Shown here: piece after piece, positions 60,292 through 64,000 of the stretch
Position numbering within the stretch: the first letter of the stretch is position 1
How the letters are laid out: each line of letters begins with the position of its first letter
DNA from: an uncultured Thermoleophilia bacterium
GTDB taxonomy: Bacteria; Actinomycetota; Thermoleophilia; UBA2241
DNA length: 64,000 nucleotides
Assembly: GCA_963715985.1 (NCBI GenBank)
Contig: CAVQSP010000015.1
Span: 96,001-160,000 of the forward strand
Direction of reading: 5' to 3'
Made by a program: the position numbers and the translations under genes
The notes under the pieces: model-generated
What the model saw: the letters and a program-made list of their open reading frames with translations, nothing else
What the model was told of the DNA's origin: nothing
Databases searched by the model: none

Positions 60292-62608
60292 TGACAAGGG
60301 AAAGACGGGGGCCGGCAGGAGCAGCGGCCTCACCGAGCGCCTGGCGCGCACGAGCGCACTGCACCCCTGGCGGGCGACCGGCCTCTGGGCGGTGCTCGTC
60401 GTCCTGGCCGTGCTCGCCGTCGGCTCGCTCCTCGGCAGCGGCATCTCGCCGGAGTCGAAGTTCCGCGCCGCCAAGCCAGACAGCGTGGTCGGCCAGGACC
60501 TGCTCGAGCAGCGCCTGACCGGCCCGCAGAAGGTCACCGACTTCGTGATCGTGCGGTCCGCCGCGCGCACCATCGACGACGCGGCCTTCAAGGCGTACGT
60601 CACGGACGTCGCCGCCAAGATCCAGGCCCTCGGGCCGAACGTCGTCGCCAACGTGGCGACCTTCTATCAGACGAACGATCCCACCGCCGTCTCGAGGGAC
60701 AAGCACTCGACCCTGATCGCAGTGGTCATGGCCGGCAAGATGGACGACGCGCTCAAGAACGTGGACAAGCTCCACGAGGCGGTCGTCGCGACGCAGGGTC
60801 AGGGGTTCACCGTGGCCCAGACCGGCGACGCCAGCATCAACGAGATGTTCACCAAGCTGGCCGAGAAGGACCTGGGGCGCGGCGAGATCCTCGGCGTCCC
60901 CGCTGCCCTCATCGTGCTCCTCATCGTCTTCGGCGCCGTGCTCGCCGCGTCCATGCCGCTGTTGATGAGCGTCATCAGCATCGTCCTGGCCCTGGCGATC
61001 ACCGCTCTGATCGGCCAGGTGTACCCGATGAACACTTTCGTGCTCAACATCCTCACGATGATGGGCCTCGCGGTGGGCATCGACTACACGCTGTTCGTCA
61101 TCAGCCGCTACCGCGAGGAGCGCGGCCGCGGCCTCGCGAAGATCGAGGCCATCGCGGCGACCGGCGCCACCGCCAACCGCGCCATCTTCTTCAGTGGCCT
61201 GACCGTCGTGCTGGCCGTGTCCGGTATGGTCATCATCCCGCTCGACATCATGATCAGCATGGGCGTGGGCGTCATGCTCGTCGTCGTCACCACGCTGCTC
61301 ACGGCGCTGATCCTGCTGCCGGCCCTCCTCAGCCTGCTCGGCGACCGCATCAACGCCCTGCGGGTGCCGTTCGTCGGCAAGCTCGCGCTCAAGCGCGCCA
61401 ACGGCTCAGGCGGCCTCTGGGAACGCCTCGCCCACAGCATCATGCGCCGCCCGGTGGTGTGGCTCACGGTGGCGGTCGTGGCGCTGCTCGTGGTGGCCGC
61501 CCCGGTGGTCGTCATGAAGAAGGGCAACCCCACCGCCAGCGCCGCTCTTCTGCCCAGCAGTGAATACGCCAAGCAGGGCTGGGACATCCTCGACCGCGAC
61601 TTCTCGCTCGGCAAGGCCAACCCGCTGATGATCGTGATCGACGGCCAGGTCACCTCGCCCGACATCGAGCAGGCGGTCGGTCGCCTGCAGGCGGCGATGA
61701 AGGCCGACGGGCGCTTCGCTCCCGCGCAGGTCACCGCCAACGAGACCGGCGACCTGACCCTCCTCACCACAATGCTGGCGGGCGATCCCGCCGGCGAGGC
61801 GACGCAGTCCCTCGTCAAGCATCTGCGCAGCGACATCGTGCCGGCGGCCGTCGAAGGTACGTCGGCCAAGATCTACGTGACGGGCACCACGGCGGGAGTG
61901 GTCGACTACCTCGGCTTCTTCGACACCTGGCTGCCGATCGTGCTGCTGGTGGTCCTCTCGCTGAGCTTCGTGCTCCTGCTGGTGGCCTTCCGCTCGATCG
62001 TCATCCCGGCGCAGGCGATCGCCATGAACCTGCTCAGCGTGGGTGCCTCCTACGGCCTGCTGGTGCTGGTCTTCCAGAAGGGCTTCGGCGCCAGCCTTAC
62101 GGGCCTCACGCAGGTGGAGAGCATCGAGGCCTGGGTGCCGCTCATGCTCTTCGCCCTGCTGTTCGGGCTCTCCATGGACTATCAGGTGTTCCTGCTCAGC
62201 CGCATCAAGGAGCGCTATGACCAGACGGGGAACACACGCGAGGCGGTCGGCTACGGCCTGGGCCGTACCGGGAGCATCATCACCGGCGCCGCCGCCATCA
62301 TGGTCTGCGTGTTCGGCGGCATGGCCACCGGCGAGCTGGTCGTGTTCCAGCAGATGGGCTTCGGCCTCGCCGTCGCGATCCTCATCGACGCCACCGTGGT
62401 GCGCAGCATCATCGTGCCGGCCTCGATGGAACTGCTCGGCGAGCGCAACTGGTACCTGCCGCGCTGGCTCGAGTGGCTGCCGAACGTGGCCGTCGAGGGG
62501 CATGCGCCCACCAGGCACCTGCCCGGCGCCGCCCCCGCGCCTGCCCTCCGGCCGCAGCTTCAGCCCGCCTACCGTCGCGAGAACGCGCGCACTACTGTGG
62601 TCGAGTAG
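60278..62608 (+). CDS. MMPL/RND family transporter
   Basis: GLAVGIDYTLFVISRYREE; FGLSMDYQVFLLSRIKE; DATVVR...LLGERNWYLPRWL. Confidence 0.95.
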   Translation: MSQLSDKGKTGAGRSSGLTERLARTSALHPWRATGLWAVLVVLAVLAVGSLLGSGISPESKFRAAKPDSVVGQDLLEQRLTGPQKVTDFVIVRSAARTIDDAAFKAYVTDVAAKIQALGPNVVANVATFYQTNDPTAVSRDKHSTLIAVVMAGKMDDALKNVDKLHEAVVATQGQGFTVAQTGDASINEMFTKLAEKDLGRGEILGVPAALIVLLIVFGAVLAASMPLLMSVISIVLALAITALIGQVYPMNTFVLNILTMMGLAVGIDYTLFVISRYREERGRGLAKIEAIAATGATANRAIFFSGLTVVLAVSGMVIIPLDIMISMGVGVMLVVVTTLLTALILLPALLSLLGDRINALRVPFVGKLALKRANGSGGLWERLAHSIMRRPVVWLTVAVVALLVVAAPVVVMKKGNPTASAALLPSSEYAKQGWDILDRDFSLGKANPLMIVIDGQVTSPDIEQAVGRLQAAMKADGRFAPAQVTANETGDLTLLTTMLAGDPAGEATQSLVKHLRSDIVPAAVEGTSAKIYVTGTTAGVVDYLGFFDTWLPIVLLVVLSLSFVLLLVAFRSIVIPAQAIAMNLLSVGASYGLLVLVFQKGFGASLTGLTQVESIEAWVPLMLFALLFGLSMDYQVFLLSRIKERYDQTGNTREAVGYGLGRTGSIITGAAAIMVCVFGGMATGELVVFQQMGFGLAVAILIDATVVRSIIVPASMELLGERNWYLPRWLEWLPNVAVEGHAPTRHLPGAAPAPALRPQLQPAYRRENARTTVVE

Positions 62609-62649
62609 ACCGGCAGTCGTCCGGGATATCCCGGACACCGAATGAAGAT

Positions 62650-62686
62650 GAGGGGGCGGGAGGCCGATGGCGCCTCCCGCCCCCTC
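62650..62686 (+). terminator. Hairpin after the MMPL gene
   Basis: GAGGGGGCGGGAGGC...GCCTCCCGCCCCCTC. Confidence 0.6.
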
Positions 62687-62987
62687 TGCCTCCCATGGTG
62701 AGGCGGGGGGTCGCTGCACGATCGACGCGTCTCTGTGCGCGCCCGACATCACACGAAGAGGATGATTCGTCGGCAGGTGTTCGTGGCAGAGCCGGCGGCC
62801 GCCCCGATTGCGGCCGCTGGAGGCCCCGGATCGCATCTGGCATTCGGAAGGACCCAGATGACTCAGCGGCCACACCTGCCGCGACTGAGGGGCCGGTCAG
62901 CACGAGACTGTCCCCAGCGACCGGGTAGGCGACCGGACAGCGGAGACTTGACCGTTCAACTGGGAGAACGTTGTCAGACGACAACGT

Positions 62988-63064
62988 TGGTGCCCCCGGA
63001 AGGATTCGAACCTTCGACCTCGCGCTCCGGAGGCGCGCGCTCTAATCCCCTGAGCTACGAGGGC
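62988..63064 (-). tRNA. tRNA-Arg(CCG)
   Basis: Minus strand reads GCCCTCG-TAGCTCAGGGGATTAGAGC-G-CGCGC-CTCCGGA-GCGCG-AGGTC-GAAGG-TTCGAAT-CCTTC-CGGGGGC-A-CCA. Confidence 0.96.
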
Positions 63065-63192
63065 ACGGGTGCGGATTGTAGCACGGTGCGCGGCACGGAG
63101 GCGGCAGGCGGGGCGGGCCGGCGCGTACAGGGCGGCGGCGGGCCGGCGCGAACGGGGCGCGGGCGAGGCCCTGCGGGCCCCGCGCCCAGACC

Positions 63193-63471
63193 TCACACCA
63201 GGTGCTCCGCCGCCTGCGCGAGATCCACGTCGCGCACCGTCACGCCGCCCGCATCGTGCGTGCTCACGTGCAGCGTCACCTTGTTGTAGCGGACGTCGAT
63301 GTCGGGGTGGTGCTGGCGATCCTCGGCGACCTGGGCCAGGCGGTCGACGAAGTCGATGGCGTGCACGAAGTCGGCGAAGCGGAAGGTCCGGACGAGGGCT
63401 TCGTCCCGGTAGGACCAGTCGCCGAGGTCGGCGAGCGCGGCCTCGATCTGTTCCTTGTTCAAGGTATCCAT
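63193..63471 (-). CDS. phhB: Pterin-4-alpha-carbinolamine dehydratase
   Basis: RTFRFADF, AEDRQHHPDI, STHDAGGVT..DVDLA. Confidence 0.9.
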   Translation of the reverse strand: MDTLNKEQIEAALADLGDWSYRDEALVRTFRFADFVHAIDFVDRLAQVAEDRQHHPDIDVRYNKVTLHVSTHDAGGVTVRDVDLAQAAEHLV

Positions 63472-63513
63472 GCGGCGCCTCCCCGTCGTGGCCGGCGCCG
63501 CCACGGGGCGCCG

Positions 63514-64000
63514 TTACCGCCTGTCTTCCCCGCGACCGCGCAAGGCACGCTCCACGTCGCGTTTCGCGTCGCGGTCGGCCATGTCGTGACGCTTGTCGTA
63601 CAGCTTCTTGCCGCGCGCCAGGCCGATCTCCACCTTGGCGCGCCCGTCCTTGAAGTACACCTTGATGGGCACCACCGTGAACCCGCGCTCCCGCACGCGC
63701 TGGGCGATGCGGTCGATCTCCTGCCGGTGCAGCAGGAGCCGCCGGGGGCGCAGCGGATCGTGGTTCCAGATGTTGCCCCGGTCGTACGGGCTGATGTGCG
63801 CGCCCACGAGGAACAGCTGTGGCGCGTAGGCCGTGCCTTTGACCTCCACGAAGCTGTCGCGCAGGTTGATGCGCCCTTCGCGCAGCGACTTCACCTCGGT
63901 GCCCACGAGGGCGATGCCGGCCTCGAAGGTGTCGTCGATGAAGTAGTCGTGGCGCGCCTTGCGGTTCTCCGCCACGCGCTTGATGCCGGTCTCTCGTGCC
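63514..64000 (-). CDS. smpB: SsrA-binding protein; start lies beyond the window
   Basis: ENRKARHDY, EAGIALVGTEVKSLR, LARGKKLYDKR. Confidence 0.97.
   Translation of the reverse strand, partial: ARETGIKRVAENRKARHDYFIDDTFEAGIALVGTEVKSLREGRINLRDSFVEVKGTAYAPQLFLVGAHISPYDRGNIWNHDPLRPRRLLLHRQEIDRIAQRVRERGFTVVPIKVYFKDGRAKVEIGLARGKKLYDKRHDMADRDAKRDVERALRGRGEDRR

Larger units (their letters stand above)
54385..63019. mobile_element. tRNA-Arg-anchored genomic island remnant with no integrase visible
   Basis: Bounded by the intact tRNA and a direct repeat of its 3' end. Confidence 0.7.

Overview
High-GC bacterial DNA, most consistent with an anaerobic or facultative member of Actinomycetota (Thermoleophilia-like; inferred from the GuaB3-type IMPDH, MMPL protein, murI-rph-rdgB order and codon style). 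About 1-16 kb, plus spots near 22.3 and 52-54 kb, carry many single-base frameshifts that look like long-read assembly errors. Layout: (1) 1-15.8 kb is a surface-glycan locus with GT2/GT4 enzymes, methyltransferases, a GT4-WbsX fusion, an FkbM-FkbM-coiled-coil-GT2-GT2 protein and Wzm/Wzt. It also contains a secreted papain-family protease whose tail is encoded by ~3.5 near-identical 660-bp repeats. (2) 15.9-23.0 kb holds three secreted Ig/IPT proteins that share a basic C-terminal domain, a candidate sorting or anchoring signal. (3) gdhA plus a P-II with an atypical T-loop sits divergent from an abfD/cat2/Fe-ADH 4-hydroxybutyrate module. (4) ltaE, guaA and guaB3 follow, with a candidate attenuator and stop-codon-anchored tandem hairpin duplications. 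(5) An M-box riboswitch precedes a soluble MgtE fragment and two NRAMP paralogs. (6) CDF, rdgB, rph, queT, murI. (7) Duplicated FtsX-type permeases are split by an acyl-CoA ligase and a His-less E2-like gene. (8) An ~8.6-kb integrase-less island lies between tRNA-Arg(CCG) and a copy of its 3' end, encoding a regulator/binding protein/kinase set and an MMPL. (9) phhB-like gene and smpB. All calls come from reading motifs by eye; no searches were run.
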